From NCBI RefSeq assembly GCF_009914755.1, contig NC_060936.1: DNA of 64,000 bases; one strand, 5' to 3'. The number at the start of each line of letters is the position of its first letter. Position 1 is the first letter of the stretch. Shown in pieces: positions 1-15,754 of the stretch. The notes beneath the pieces are model-generated. The model was given only the letters and a program-made list of their open reading frames with translations, made no database searches and was not told where the DNA came from. A program made the position numbers and the translations under genes. The stretch comes from the human T2T-CHM13v2.0 reference genome, Homo sapiens.

Positions 1-39
1 TCTAGAGGTTACCACAAAACAAAAAAGACAAAGAGTAAA

Positions 40-245
40 GCTAAGAATAAAATAGATGAGTAGAATACTAAGAAATAGTTGATTAATCCAAAAGGAGAGA
101 GGATAAAGAAATAAACATGTGGGACAAATGGGATAAAGAGAAAACAGTAAGATGGTAGACTTAAATCCAATCACAGGACTGATTACATAAATTTAAACAG
201 ACTAAGAACTCCACTTAAAAAGCAGAGATTTTCAGACCCAACTAC
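40..245 (+). mobile_element. Old L1 fragment
   Basis: A-rich, resembles the L1 ORF2 start (attacataaatttaaacagact...aaaagcagagattttcagac). Confidence 0.55.
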
Positions 246-419
246 TTTGAAATAAAAGGACCTTCTTTTTAAGTTTACTACACAACATACATTTAATAGA
301 TGATAGTAGCTATCTATATTAGCAACCCCCAAAACTATGTGCAAATATGTGAAATGACTTTTGAATATCAGCTGACAGTGGCTCCAGTATAATCCCTAGG
401 GGGAGGACTGGCATGTGAG

Positions 420-610
420 GATAGTTAATAGCTGACATTAATTGGCACTTTACATTCATTAACTCATTTAATCTTCACAGTGACCTTATAAGGAAGGCAC
501 TTCCATTGTACTCATTTTATATGAGAGCAGACTAATGCCCAGAGAATGTGATGTGCCCAAGTAACATGCTAGTGAGCCCAGGCTCTTAACTACTCTGTGC
601 TGCCTCTCTG
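420..610 (-). mobile_element. MIR
   Basis: MIR core motifs (tcatttaatcttcac...cattttatatgag...tgcccaag). Confidence 0.7.
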
Positions 611-1699
611 CTGAAACTAATCACTGTACTGCATCACCTGAAAGATACTACGTCAACAGAGAGGAGGTGTGCAACAACTGCAACAAGCAAAGAGCAAGAG
701 CTGGTCAGCAGCCTCCATCCTGGCTCAGGGGAAGGGTGACTGACCAGCAGTACTGATCACTGGCAGGTGCGTGGATGGGGAGATGGGCCCACCTCACTAT
801 CCTAACCTGAGAAAACTATCTAACAAGATTTTTTCTACAAACAACTCTTGCTTTAGTCCCAGGGCTCACTGAAAAGCCTTCTGATTATATCCTGACTTGG
901 CAAAAGAAGAAGGCCCTGACTAAGGCATGCAAATGTTCCAGGCTCTCTGGCAGTTAGCATTGTCATTAAAAATAAGTAAACTGGCATCTGACTTATGTTT
1001 CAGACTCTCCTAAAGTTATTAAACATGACTCAAGCTCCCCAGAGCTTTCTCACCTTCAGGTATAGAGTGAAAATAGGACTTCTAGTCCTGCACATCTTTG
1101 AGAGTCCTGGATTAGAATGATTTCATCAAGGTTAAGTTCTCATGGGAAGATGCACAAAACACTCTGGGAGGCTGGGCCTTGGTGGTCAATCAGGCCCTCC
1201 AGACATTGGTCTAAACTCTCTTGTTCTAACTGCAATAAGGTAAGCCAAGAAGATATATTATAATACATGCATGAGAAAGAATCTGTAAGCATGTTGTAGT
1301 GTACATAAATAAAAAGTTGCCAAGAAGATGAAATCCTTATTCATTAAATTTAACCAACTTATTCATCAAAGAACATTCCTTGAGGACGGCCTCTGCAGAG
1401 TTTCACATTAATCGTTCACTCCAAACAGTAAGAAAACTGATTTTTTTAAAAAAATCCCTCAGAACCTTAAGGTACCGGTAAGATAAAGACAGTCCATGAA
1501 GGCCAGGTGTGCCAAGTCAGCAACTGGCCAATTGAACAAGAGTCAACCAAAATGGACAAAGAAAGCAGTGAAGCCACATAAACATCTCCATGTAAAACAT
1601 GCATGCACCAGTACTCCTGGATTTGCTAGAAAAGATTCACAAAAATAACTCTTCTCTGAAGAAATCCATGAAAATTACCTTTGCTTTAGAGATAAACCT

Positions 1700-2680
1700 A
1701 AGCCTACTCACCAACCTTTCACTGATTGATTCAACCATATTTTTGCACAACCCCTGACCCTTTCCCACCCTGTAGCTGATACTCTACAGTGCTTCTCAGA
1801 TCATATCTGACCTATCTTGAACACTCTCCTGACACCGACCTTACTAACTTCCACAATATAGTCAAGTCTTGGCTCAAACGTCACCTTGGTAAATATGCCT
1901 TCCCTGACCTCGATATGTAAAAGACCACCTCCCAAACCCACCACTCTTCATCTTGTTACCCCCTACATCATTTTTCTCCAGAGTACTTATCACTAATATA
2001 TTTGCTGTCTGTCTCTCTTCAGTAAAGGAAGCTCCACGAGAGTAGGAATTTTGTGTTTTATTTTCTGCTGTATTCATACAATTTACAACAGTGCCTGGCA
2101 AGAGAATACAACATAAATACTTGTAATTCGAAGTCTAATAGGGAAGAGAGGCCTAAGCTGATAAACAGACCTCATAAGAAGGGCAATGTGGTGGCATAAA
2201 GGAGTCACAATAAGCTTGGCCCAGGAGAAGCAGAAACCTTTCTTGGAGGAAGAGATGCAGAGCAGGTTGTGAAGGAAGGGTGGAAGCAGGGGGCGTCCCA
2301 GCATGGAAATCACCATATGGAAAGGCACAAGGCAAAAAGGGTCATTCACACTTGAGGAGACTTGTCTGGCTGCAAGAAGGTGAATGGTGAAAGTGACAGA
2401 AGAAAGACAGAAAGTGACAAAAGAAAGATAGGAGGGCAGTGCACACACACGCCAGGACAAGGAGTCACTGAGGGGTTTTAAGGCAAGAAACAGCATGACT
2501 AGATTTGTTTTTCACAAAAGCAGAGATGCAGGGGTGGAGGGTGGGAGGAGGTAATCTGTGGTCTGAGAGACCATTTAGGAGATTCCTGCAACAGTCTGCA
2601 CAAAGGCCAATGGTGCTAAAACTACAGCAGCTGCGTTGAGGATGGAGCTAAAATGAATGTCTTGACCGGGTAAGAAGATT
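1700..2680. mobile_element. L2 fragments in both orientations
   Basis: L2 3' end motifs (aacagtgcctggca...taaatacttg), then an antisense L2-like tract. Confidence 0.55.
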
Positions 2681-2770
2681 TCACTTTTCAAAACTCTGCT
2701 CCAGTATCACTTCCTATGGAAAGCATCTTTTTTAGGATAAAACAAAAAAGGAAAAGGCAATTTTTAAAAA

Positions 2771-2848
2771 CTCTCTCTTTCTCTCTCTCTCTCTCTCACA
2801 CACACACAGACACACACACACACACAGACACACATACACACACTCTCT
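2771..2848. repeat. Compound (CT)n(CA)n microsatellite
   Basis: Directly visible. Confidence 0.95.
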
Positions 2849-4365
2849 ATAATACTTTCAGGTATGGCTGTATCCAGAAACCAAATCATATGATTAGACA
2901 GAAATTCATTCTGTCTTCATCTCACAGCTCTGCTCTCTTCTGAATTAATATTATTTTTAGGTCAGTTCTTTGCCCAGGGTGTCCCTCAGCAGTCACAGGC
3001 TTAAATAAGCCTAAACACTGCCAACCAAGAGGAAAGGCCCATGGTTCCAACAAGACTCACTCCTCCAGGAGGGGATGCTATGTTTCCGTGGGCGAGCCTG
3101 AGCTGACTGTCCGCTCTGGAACTGGAGATAGGGCCACTCCTGCACTCCTGCACATGACACGGAGAGGACAAGGGGGCAAGCTGGTTCCTCAGGGCAAGCT
3201 TGAGCACTGCTACCAGAAAACAGGGAATAGGCAGACAGAAGTGCAGAGTTCCACCATCGTTTTCTTCTCTCAAATTGATAAAGGGGAAGAACATTTTCAG
3301 TGACTCCTCCCCGGTTCCAGAGTTTCTCCCTAAATAGCACCCAGCTGGAAGAGAGGTAGTCTTATGGCATCACTCAGTCCCAAACACCGTCAACTGGTAC
3401 TTCTTATCCTCAGTCCAGTGAGAGAAGCCTCAATACCCTCAAGTTCCACAGAGGCTGAGAGCAGGGAGCTAACTTGCTCCAGGGTGATGCTATGGTGCAG
3501 GCAGGCATATGAATATTGGATAGTTTTGTCCCATATGCTCCCTGTGTTCTGACCACAGCTGAATAATTAATGTTCCTGGAGCACACTATGTACCTGCAGG
3601 CCACAGTGCTTTGCTCCTCCTGGCTCCCTCATGAAGACAGCTTGCCTTCCCTCTTCGCACCTGACAAATATGCCGCTGCCTCCTCTTCCCCTTCTCTCCC
3701 CTCAGCTCTGGGACTGAAACGGCTTTCTTGACTTTTCCTCACACAAATCTTGTTCAATTCTCACTTATTTATTACTCCCTTATCATCTTTTGTGCCACTT
3801 TTTCCCTTAGGACACACCATTTTATAACTATTTAGTATCTATGTTTCCCCACTGAAGTAACTGTCGGCTCCCTGAGGCCAAGACTGTGTCTTTCATCTCT
3901 ACATACTTAATATAGCTATATGGTACAGGGCAGTGACTATACTTATTAAAGTAATATTTTGAAGACCAAATTTCACATTATTGGGACTTTTCATAAATTG
4001 TCTTACATTACGATTACCCTTTGATAAAAGACTTATATATAGATGATTCAATACGACAACGAATAAAGTATCTCCTATAATTTACTTCCATAAAAAATTT
4101 TCCCTTACATGAACAACTTGATAATATTCCTTCTTGTTATTAGAAAATGAAAACTATATCAGCCACCATCACTCCACTAATACCTCAGCTACAGGAATCA
4201 GGCTAAACATCATGCCAAATTTGTATCCTCAGGGTTACATGGTCTGCCGATTCCCTCTGATGACTGATGTATATACAGATATGAGAGTTATTAGAAAGCA
4301 CCTTCATTTTAGAAGGAAACAGGAGCACATAGCACTGGACAAAAACAGCTATTATTATTATACAG

Positions 4366-4677
4366 CTATTATTATTATTGTTATTATTATTATTCTGAGA
4401 TAGAGTCTAGCTCTGTTGCCCAGGCTGGAGTGAAGTGGCACAATCTCAGCTCACTGCAATCTCTGCTCCCAAGTTCAAGTGATTCTCCTGCCTCAGCCTC
4501 CCGAGTAGCTGGGATTACAGGCACCTGCCACCACGCCCAGCTAATTTTTGTATTTTTAGTAGAGACGGGGTTTCATCATGTTGGCCAGGCTGGTTTTGAA
4601 CTCCTGACCTCAAGTGATCTGCCAGCTTCGGCCTCCCAAAGTGCTGGGATTACGGGCACGAGTCACTGCGCAGGGCC
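4366..4677 (-). mobile_element. AluS with (TAT)n-derived tail
   Basis: Full dimer; TSD cagctattattattatt on both sides. Confidence 0.93.
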
Positions 4678-5039
4678 AATAGCAGCTATTATTATTATTC
4701 AGGGTGAAACTTAGGCATTCTATTTTGCTTAGTTAAATCAACCGTCACGTTTTTGCTTATTGTGCAGCTCCCTGTGAAGAATATGCTTCCTTTGCCAACC
4801 ATACCCAGAGCTGGCTCACAGTGGGGGCTAAATAACTCTCTTCATACCTGACCCACCCCAGAACAGAGCCTGAACCTCTGCTCTCTGCCTCCTCTTCTTA
4901 TTTACAGCATCACTTTATACATCAATACAAATGATCAGCCTCTTGGGACCATCGTGCGTTATCTCCTTAGTTGGGAAAAAATTGTCAACCCAAGTTACAA
5001 AGTATCTTTATAAATTTAGTAAGAATGAGTGTCCAGTGA

Positions 5040-5310
5040 TGGTGATGAGAATGACAGCTAAGAATTATATACTGACTACTATGTGAGGTGCACCGTTCTA
5101 AGTGCTATCCAGATATTTACTCATTTGAATACTGTAACAACCTATGTGGCAGGTTACTACTATCATCTTCTTATTTTCATAGGTGAGAAAACTGAAGTAT
5201 TGAGAAGTTAGGTAACTTCCCCACAGGTCTCACAGCTGATAAGTAGTGGGGTTGGAATTTTAACCTACAAATTTAGGTCCAGGGTCCATGTTTTTAGCCA
5301 CACAGCTATA
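5040..5310 (-). mobile_element. MIR
   Basis: gagaaaactgaag...aagttaggtaacttccc core. Confidence 0.75.
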
Positions 5311-6212
5311 TGGCATATACAGAAATAATTCTGAGATGGCTAGAGCCAAAAACTGGCTGAAACCTTTACAAGAAAAACCTAGTGACTAAAAGTCTGACCT
5401 TCTGCCTATCTTCTTATATTCTTCTTAGGCTCATGGCCATAGGTGATAATCAACATCTCCTGAGCAATAATGTCCCACAGAGACCATAACGACAGTGAGG
5501 AGTGTGGGCTGTAAGGCAAGACAGACAGAGCAAAGCTGAAACTCCCACTCCACCAAATCCTGGCTGGGGACACCTGGCATGTTATTTCATACAGCAGGCA
5601 CAAAGCAGGATGGCTACAGGGGCCACAGTTTTCCCCTGCTGACCACCTCTGTGCCATACCCCATACCTGCTTCTTGTAAGAAGTGTCCCCTATCCCCATG
5701 CCTAGAACGTATGTTTGTATGACCCCTCCTTCTTAGTCAGGGTAACTGGTTTCAGCCAGGCCCCTGACCTAAACTGCAGCAGCCACAGCATCTCACTGCT
5801 AGGCAAGGGATGGGCACAGGCTCCAGGATAGGCCAGAGTCACCACCTGGTACTCTTCTAACTGGAGCTGGGAGTAAAGAAGCTTTCCTTTTCAGTCAGTC
5901 ACAAGGCTGTGAGGACTGAAGCCTGGAGCCGGCAGGGACCTGGGTACCAGCACATTTGAGAGAATGGAGCCAGCATATAGAGAGGCCCCCAGACACTACA
6001 AAGAGAGAGGCGTAACAGTACTAGACTCCCTGGTTCTAGTCTGTCCCTTCCCCACTCCAAACATACCAGCTACTTAACCACCTGGTGGGGAGAAAAAAAA
6101 TGACTTAGGCTTCTGTCACTTCCAACTAGGTGAGTCTAACTTCACCTCTCTGAAACTCACTTTCCTTATCTGCAAAATAGGGAAAATAAAACAATCCTTC
6201 CCGCCCAGGCAG

Positions 6213-6581
<369 letters not shown>

Positions 6582-7217
6582 TAGCAGAGTGTCCTATGAA
6601 TAGGAAGACTCCACAGCTGTTGGCCAACAGGTAACAACACCTACAATAGCATTCACCTGCCAAGAGACTGCTACCAAAGATTCTGGAGTTCTTCCTGACT
6701 TTGCTGCGTCAAATCTGATGTGACAGCTCGTACTGCCAGTTGTAACTTCCAACTTTATCTAAAATCCAACCACATCTCAATTTTCACAGCCACCACCTTG
6801 ATCAGCCTCCTAACAAGGTCTCCCTGCTTCTGGCCTGGCTTTGACAGTCTATTCTCCACACAGCAGTCTGAGCAATTCCAGCAAAATGTAGGTCAAAGAG
6901 AGGAGGGCACTACACTGGCATCTCCTCTCACCCAGGGCACAAGTCAGCGCTGCTCTTGACCTGGCCAGCCTCCCTGGGGCCCCTCCTACATCCCCACCCA
7001 CCCTCACCTGTGCTTTTCCTCATACAGCCACCAGGCTCTGCCTCAGGGCTTCTGCCCTTGCTTCTCCTATCCAGAACATTCCTTTCCTGAATTTCTTCAA
7101 GCCTCACTCCCTCCTTTACATCTCTGTCCAAAGGTCACCCTTTGGACATCTTTCTTACAGAAAGGTCACACTTTCTGTAAGACATTCCCTGAATGTCATT
7201 TGAAATTACAGGCCCCT

Positions 7218-7530
<313 letters not shown>

Positions 7531-7803
7531 TTACGCGCCCCCTTCTAACCCAGCTCTTTCTCTACAGTGCTTACTGCCATCTGACCTGCTCCATTTTCCT
7601 ACTTGTTTGTCTGTCTCTCTGGAATGTAAGAACAAGGATTTTCACTATTTTGTTTACTACCGTTCCCGCACAAAGCAGTCACACAACAAATATCTGTTGA
7701 ATGAATGAATGAATATGTCCTCAAACCCTTTTTCTGGAAGTTGGGGGCAAACATGAAGCAGAAAAAATATGTGGACATCTTAATATGAAATTTTTTGCAC
7801 TTA

Positions 7804-8013
<210 letters not shown>

Positions 8014-9902
8014 TCATTTGATTTAATTATAGTTAATACTTAATCACAATACAGACTTTGAAACATATAAAATAGTTTAAATAAAATGGTTTAACTCTTG
8101 TAAAACCTAACAAAAGTATGAAAGGGCTATGTTGTACTGTACTCTTCGTCAACACTGAAATTTCCATGAAATTTCAGGTGTTGAGAACTAAAGGGTAGAA
8201 AAGAAGAGAATAGAAAAACAAAAGATGGGGAAAATAATGTGAGGCATTTGAGAAGTAGAAAACCTTAAAATGGGAGAAGGCTAGATAGTGTTGGAGTTAC
8301 AAGGTGATATGTGATAAACGCTACTTTGTGTCAGTGTTCCCAAGTTGCCAAGGCATTTTCACCTTACATTGTATCTAGGACTCAGCAATTTTCCCATTTA
8401 GAAAATCATATTGATAGTCAAGATAACCTATGGGGAAAATTGTCATAAATGCTTGAAAAACATCAGGCAACAGAATTTAGTTGGCCACAATATATGTGTC
8501 TCAGATGTTCAAATGTTCACACTGATCTCCCATACACCTGCACCTCATCCTGTATTTTGCTACCTTGGCTGGTCAGCGTGACATCCGCCTGTGTCCAAGC
8601 CAGAAGCCTGGAAGTCACACTCAACTCCTGCTTCCTCTCCCACATCCAGTAAGTTAGCAAACCATATCATCCTCACTTCCTAAATATCTTCTGAATCCTC
8701 CTCTTCTATGTTGGCTCTGCTTGCCTTAAGGTAAATATATCCTCAACATCCTTCACCTAGGTTACTGCAAAAGCCTCTTAACTGGTCTCTCTGCTCTAAT
8801 CTTTTGTCCCCTGCCAGTCACCTACATATTGTGCTTATTACCTTGCTAAGAGTGTAACTCCAAGCATGTAAATCCCAGCGTAAATGTGTCACTGGCTCTT
8901 CTCCAAAAGAAAGCACAATGCCCAAGTACTTTGGTGAGGTATCCTGCCACTCACACTGAACTTTGTACTCGGAACAGTCACAGCCCTTCAAACACACCCC
9001 TGCCTTTGCACTTACTGCTTTCTCAGGCTGGACTATTTTCCCCATCCCCAGACCCCCTTGGCCAAGCCAGACAGGCTTAATGGCTCCCTATTTGCTACAA
9101 CGATTTTGCTTACTACATTATACAGTGACTTTCTAAAGAACGATTTGTCTCCTCTTAAGCAGCACATTTTTGAAGCACAGGAATGATGATTTATTCATCT
9201 CTATAAGACTAGCATCTAGCAATATGTCAAGCACATAAAAAGAACTCAATACACGTTGAATTCCACTTGGAACAGTCAATAAAGGCTCGTAGATCCAACC
9301 TGGCTTACCCTTCCAGTGGTCTGTAGGGAGGAAAGGTAACTTTATCATAAATTTCCATCACCTGACATATGATATTACTCAGGAAAAACTGAAATACATA
9401 TTAAACAAAAATTAGGAGGGAGCATCCAGGGACTAGCTCAGTGAAGTTTCAAGGGTAAATTTCATGAGTGGAAATCAGGAGTATAGTTTGGCCTGAATTC
9501 AAGTACAATGCCTAGAGAAAACAAAGAAAAGAAAAGGCATCTGCAATGACCAGGAAGCTAAGAGACAGACCATCAGTATCATCAAAATCTGCCCTGATTT
9601 TTAGTTCTGCACTCCACACTCCAGCAGGCTGTTCTGTTTGCCTCCTTTCTAAAAGGCTGTCCTCTCAGCCGTAGGCTAAACCAAGCACTGGATCCAGTCT
9701 CAACAGGAAACACAGAAGAAACCAAGATAGGAGTGCCTTATGTTTATTGTGCTGGTGCCTAACTGGTTTCTAGTTCCTCATCTTAACTTAATATAGGCTC
9801 TCTCCTTCCTACATATTTACTTGCCCTTTCAGCTAAATTCTCTTGACTGCCCACTGTGACCAACTCTGAGCCAGACTTGCTTTCAGGCTTGCTCCTACCT
9901 AT

Positions 9903-10222
9903 TCTTTTCTTATTTATTTATTTTTTTGAGACGTGTTATCTTTCTGTCACAGATGCTAGAATACAGTGGTGCAATCGCTACTCACTGCAGCTCAAACTCC
10001 TGCGCTCAAGAGCTCCTCCCTCCTCAGCCTCCTGAGGAGCTAGGACTATAGGTGTGCATCACCATGCCCAGCTAATTTTATTTATTTTTTTATTTTTATT
10101 TTTTATAGAGACAGGGTCTCGCTATGTTGCCCATGCTGGTCTTGAACTCTTGGCCTCAAGTGATCCTCCTGCCTCAGCCTCCCAAAGTGCTGGAATTACA
10201 GGTGCGAGTCATGCCCCCAGCC
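9903..10222 (-). mobile_element. AluJ-type
   Basis: Diverged Alu dimer. Confidence 0.88.
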
Positions 10223-10254
10223 TCTCCCTATTCTTTCTTAGCCTTCTGGTCACC

Positions 10255-10917
10255 AGCTGTGGTGTCTATCTGCAAATATGGCTGCCAATACTCATCTCAT
10301 CCCTGTACATGCATGTCTCTCCGCTTCACAAAAGGTGAAGTCTGTTTATTTCCCCTCCCTTTGAGGGGAGGTGTTGTGACTTTTGAGGGGAGGTGTTGTG
10401 AGAGGAGGTGTTGTGACTCATCTCATCCCTGTACACGCATGTCTCTCTGCTTCAAAGGAGGTGGAGTCTGTTTATTTCTCCTCCCTTTGGGCTGGTGTTG
10501 TGACTTTACTCTGAGGAACAGAACGTGGCAGAAGTGACACTGCAAGTTTTGGGCCTAGTTCTTAATTGGTCTAGCAGCTTCTGCTTTGATTCTCCTGGAA
10601 CCCAGCTGTCATGCTGTGAGAAAACTACAGGTTATCCTGCTGGAGAGACGGCACATGGAGAACCAAGACGCCATTGCCACAACCCGCACCAAGGCCCCAG
10701 GCATACGAATGAGGAACAGAGCCCATCTTTCCTCTGCATGTGTAATCTCAGCCTGCACCATATAAGCAAAAGAACTGTGAAGCTGCATGAGTAATCTCAG
10801 CCTGCACCATATAAGCAAAACAACCATCCAGACAACCCACAAAATGTGACAAATCATTGTTTCTGTAGTAAGTACTAAGGTTTTGCGACTGTCATACAGC
10901 AATAGATAACTGACACA
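10255..10917 (+). mobile_element. MLT1-type MaLR LTR with internal duplications
   Basis: TG...CA ends; terminal acagcaatagataactgacaca typical of MLT1. Confidence 0.7.
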
Positions 10918-11488
10918 TCATCTTCCTTCCCGTTGCCACGATCCACCATTATTGCTCTGTCCCTACTAAGACATGATTTAGAAAGAGAAACTAGGGACAC
11001 CTACACAAGCCTAATCATTGTATTTAGATGAGTTATGACAAATTAATGACTCAGTGAGCTTTTAGCTCATCTACCCTTATACAATTTGTTCACTGAGATT
11101 TCCTTGAATTAGTAAAGGGAGACTGAAGTTATGCTGTGCAGAAGATAGTAAAAAAGCTAGTTCTAAATTCCCAAAGTTAAGGGTTTTGGAACATGCTTCT
11201 CCTCTTGGACCCCAAACTAGTTCCTTCTCCCTTAAAATTCCCTGCTACATTGCCATCCATTATAACATGTCACTTCTCTTCAATAGTTTTCACTACCATT
11301 GGAATATATTCAGATTTCTCAGCATAGAGTTCCCCTTGGGTGGTGGCAGAAAAAAAGCACCCACTGGCATGGGAATGCCCATGAGCTTTTCTTCATTTGG
11401 GAGTGCCTGGGCCTGAATAGTCACAGACTACAAGTCAAATCCTGCCACAACAGGGTCAAGGAAATACTCAAATTCTTATCTTCTAAAG

Positions 11489-12233
<745 letters not shown>

Positions 12234-13042
12234 TCTGAAGTATTTATGGGGGGAAATGATATGTAGGATTTTTTCTAAAAATACTCCAGGGGAAAAAGTG
12301 AGGGGAGGTGTAGATGAAACAAGATGGGCAGAATCCTGACAACTGTTGAAGCTGATTGACGGGAATATGAGGCAGGGGAGTGATGCTATTCATTCTATTT
12401 TCATGTATGCTTGAAAATTTACATACTTTAAAGCTTAAAAACATTTTTAAAAATCATGGCTCAATAATTACTTAAAATAGATGGGCTATTAGTTAGGGTT
12501 TGAAAAGTCTCGTTACAGAGATTTGTTATAACGCATATGACCTTACACAAATTCAACGATTTAAACTTTTGTCAGAAATTTTCTTTAACAAGAAAATTCT
12601 GGACCCCGATAATGAGTGATACAAATCAAATCAAAGGCACAGGGTTTTCAATAGGGATCCAAGGGCCCTTGAAGGATCCATGAACAGGCGTTAGGAAGTT
12701 AATAAACTGAATTTTTGGTTATACATACTGATGTGTATCATTCTGGGGAGACAGTCTAAAGCTTACCTCAGATCTACAAAGGGATGGATAGCTACCACTA
12801 CTCCCTCAAAAAAACTTAGACATATTAAGCATATTTCCATGGTAGGAAATAGTTTTCAAAAAGAAGACATAATTTTGAGGAAAAAAATTGTATGAATTAG
12901 TTTGACTTTACCACAAGGGCAGCATGCCTTTTATGTGACTGAGAATAACAGTGCAGGCAGCAGTGCATGAGCAGCAGCCAGGGTCAGCTTTCTTTCACAT
13001 TTCCAAATCCAAAGGATATCAAGTGTTTCTTTGTTTCTCTTA

Positions 13043-13249
<207 letters not shown>

Positions 13250-13624
13250 TTAAAATGCAAACATAGGTGTGTCTCATTACAATGAGCAGCATATCTAATA
13301 ACAAGGCATCCAGGTAATAGAGCGGCTGGAGGTTGTAAGGCTGCCCAGGTAATAGCCAAATTACTTTTTAAAGGTACTCAAAACTACATCACTAATATGC
13401 AAGCTTGGCTGTGTCCTATGTAAGCACACAGCAGGATGACTGGCCCCCGTATTCAATTAGCGCTCAGTAACTTTATTTACTAGAAGGCCGCAGCACAGTG
13501 TAACAGAGGGTACACGGGACTAAGAGTCAGTTTTGTTTCTAACTCTGGGTAATGGAAAGCTAGTTAACCTCTGTGTCATGATGTCATGAGGACTGAATGT
13601 TTTTCCTGAGAGGGATGGATGAGA

Positions 13625-14030
13625 TAATTTTTCAAACTGTTTATGTGGAAATAATTTCACACTTACAGAAAAGTTACAAGAATAGTACAAATAACACTAA
13701 TATGCCTTTTACCCAAATCTACTTGTTAATGTTTTGCTTCATTTGGTTTGTAATTTGCTCTGTACTTGTTTCTCCTTGCGCATGAACACACGTAAACCCA
13801 CACACACAAACACATACGTATTTTTTTGTTCCTGAACCATTTAGGAGTAAGTTATGCAACTCACAGCATCTTTATTCCTAAATACTTCAGTGTGTTTTTC
13901 CTAAGATTTAAGATAGTCTCTTAACACACCCATAGCACAGTTAGCAGCTTCATGAAGCTGATTATTAAAGATGCAATATTTTAATATAGCAACTATATTT
14001 TATCAACTGATCCAATAATACTTTTATAGC
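13625..14030 (-). mobile_element. Old L1 3' fragment
   Basis: acttacagaaaagttacaagaatagtacaa motif. Confidence 0.65.
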
Positions 14031-15084
14031 TGGATAAGATGATTTTATTAGTCTCTTTCTGCTCTATAATTTAATGGCATTTGATGATTAATAAAAGAAT
14101 TAAAAGAATCGTGTGTGTCAGACAATAGTTTAAGGATTTACAAAAAGGAAAAATGCAATCAATGGTGGAAATAACTGACTTGACAAAGAATGAACAAATA
14201 AACAAATGAAAGGTAGATCTAACTCTTGCCTAAAAAACAAATTTTACTATATGCATGTAGCCCTAGAATGGCTCCAATAATAGGAAGTAGGTCAATGAGA
14301 ATCACTAAATCTGGATTGTAGAGTGCTTAGAAAAAAATGTAATGTTATAAATTTGAACACAATTAGTATCACTGTTAGAGAAACATAGGGCCTGGCTATA
14401 TAAAGTCACTGAAACCTATGTTCTTTTGCCAACATACAAAGTTCATTTGGGCTCAGCCCATGCATTATTTCCATGTAAAACAGTTAAAAGTGAGTTCAGC
14501 TACAATACTGCTTAGCACCCCCTTTTTAAAAAAATACAAAAAGTTAATATTCCACCAGAGCTTATCCAAATTACTAAAGATTTATAGCAGAGTCAGAATT
14601 ACCCAAGGCTAATGCAGACAAAGCAAGGAAACTGATGAGTTATCATATGTAATAAACTCAGGACACTATTTGAGTTCTGTGTATCATGCTGCAAACGAGA
14701 TAAACAAAAGCAAATAAGATACAATCCTTTCTTTCAAAGAACCACATAGTAGGGAAGACAGCATTAATAATAAACAGATACAGAAAACTTTTATATATTA
14801 TTTACTCATCAATGTTAGGTGGGGTGATTGGGTGGTCCACTCTGAGGAAAGGACATTTGAGCAGAGAGGTGAGTGAAATAGGGAGCGATCCTGGCTGAGA
14901 CATGGATAAAGAGTACTCTGAGCACAGGAATCCCTGTGCAAAAGCACCTGGAAGAATGAGGAATGACAAGGAGGTCAGCGTTTCCATAGTAGACAGGAGA
15001 GAAGAGACCGGTGGGAGGGAAGCTGAAAAGGGGGCAGATGGAGGAGGAGAAGCCATGGTGGGAGGTGTGTCTTCTTCTTCTAAA

Positions 15085-15403
15085 GTGCAATGTGCCATTA
15101 TCCTAAGCGAATTAATGCAGGAACAGAAAACCAAATACCGTATGTTCTCATTTACAAGTGAGAGCTGAACAGTAGGTACAATAGACATAAAGATGGCAAC
15201 AATAGCCACTGGGGACTACTAGAAGAGGGAGGAAAGGAGCGGGGAAAGGTTTGAAAAACTATTGAGAACAATGCTCACTACCTGGGTGATGGCATCAATT
15301 GTACCCCAAATCTCAGCATCATGGAGTAAACCCATGTAACAAACCTGCACATGTACTCCCTGAATCTAAAATAAAAGCTGAAATTATTGAAAGAAAAAAA
15401 AAA
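15085..15403 (+). mobile_element. L1 3' end (L1PB/L1MA-like) with A tail, inserted in an antisense L2 (about 14650-15480)
   Basis: gccattatcctaagcgaattaatgcaggaacagaaaaccaaatac...aacaaacctgcacatgtac. Confidence 0.85.
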
Positions 15404-15489
15404 CCTGCGATGGGAAACTACTCTAGATTTTGAGCAGGGGCAACCTCATGATCTGGTTTAAGAACACTGCCACTTTGACAATAAGGAAA

Positions 15490-15738
15490 GGATTTTTTTT
15501 TAATTGTGTTCTCAAAGGAGGGTACTAAATTATGGAAAGAAATAAAAAATAAAACAATTGTGGTGGGTCAACTGGATACTCATAAGGAAGAAAATTAATC
15601 TTGAATCCTACACTTTATACCACATACAAAAGTTAATTCCACGTAGAAAACAGATCTAAATGTGGTACGTAAAACAATAAGCTTTTAGAAGAGAACACAG
15701 AATATCTTCATGACCTTGGGGTAGGCAAACACTGCTTT
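15490..15738 (+). mobile_element. Old L1 (L1M-type) ORF2 fragment, left half of the host element
   Basis: L1 ORF2 3' motifs (ccacatacaaaagttaattc...gaccttggggtaggcaaa); resumes at 20476. Confidence 0.8.
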
Positions 15739-15754
15739 AAAAAGACATTAACGT

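Noticed and set aside
4134-4714. Alu-derived ORFs here and at about 10054, 11662, 25586, 26499, 30146, 33206, 48237 and 51558
   Set aside because: Typical Alu translations (e.g. [15 protein letters not shown]), not genes.
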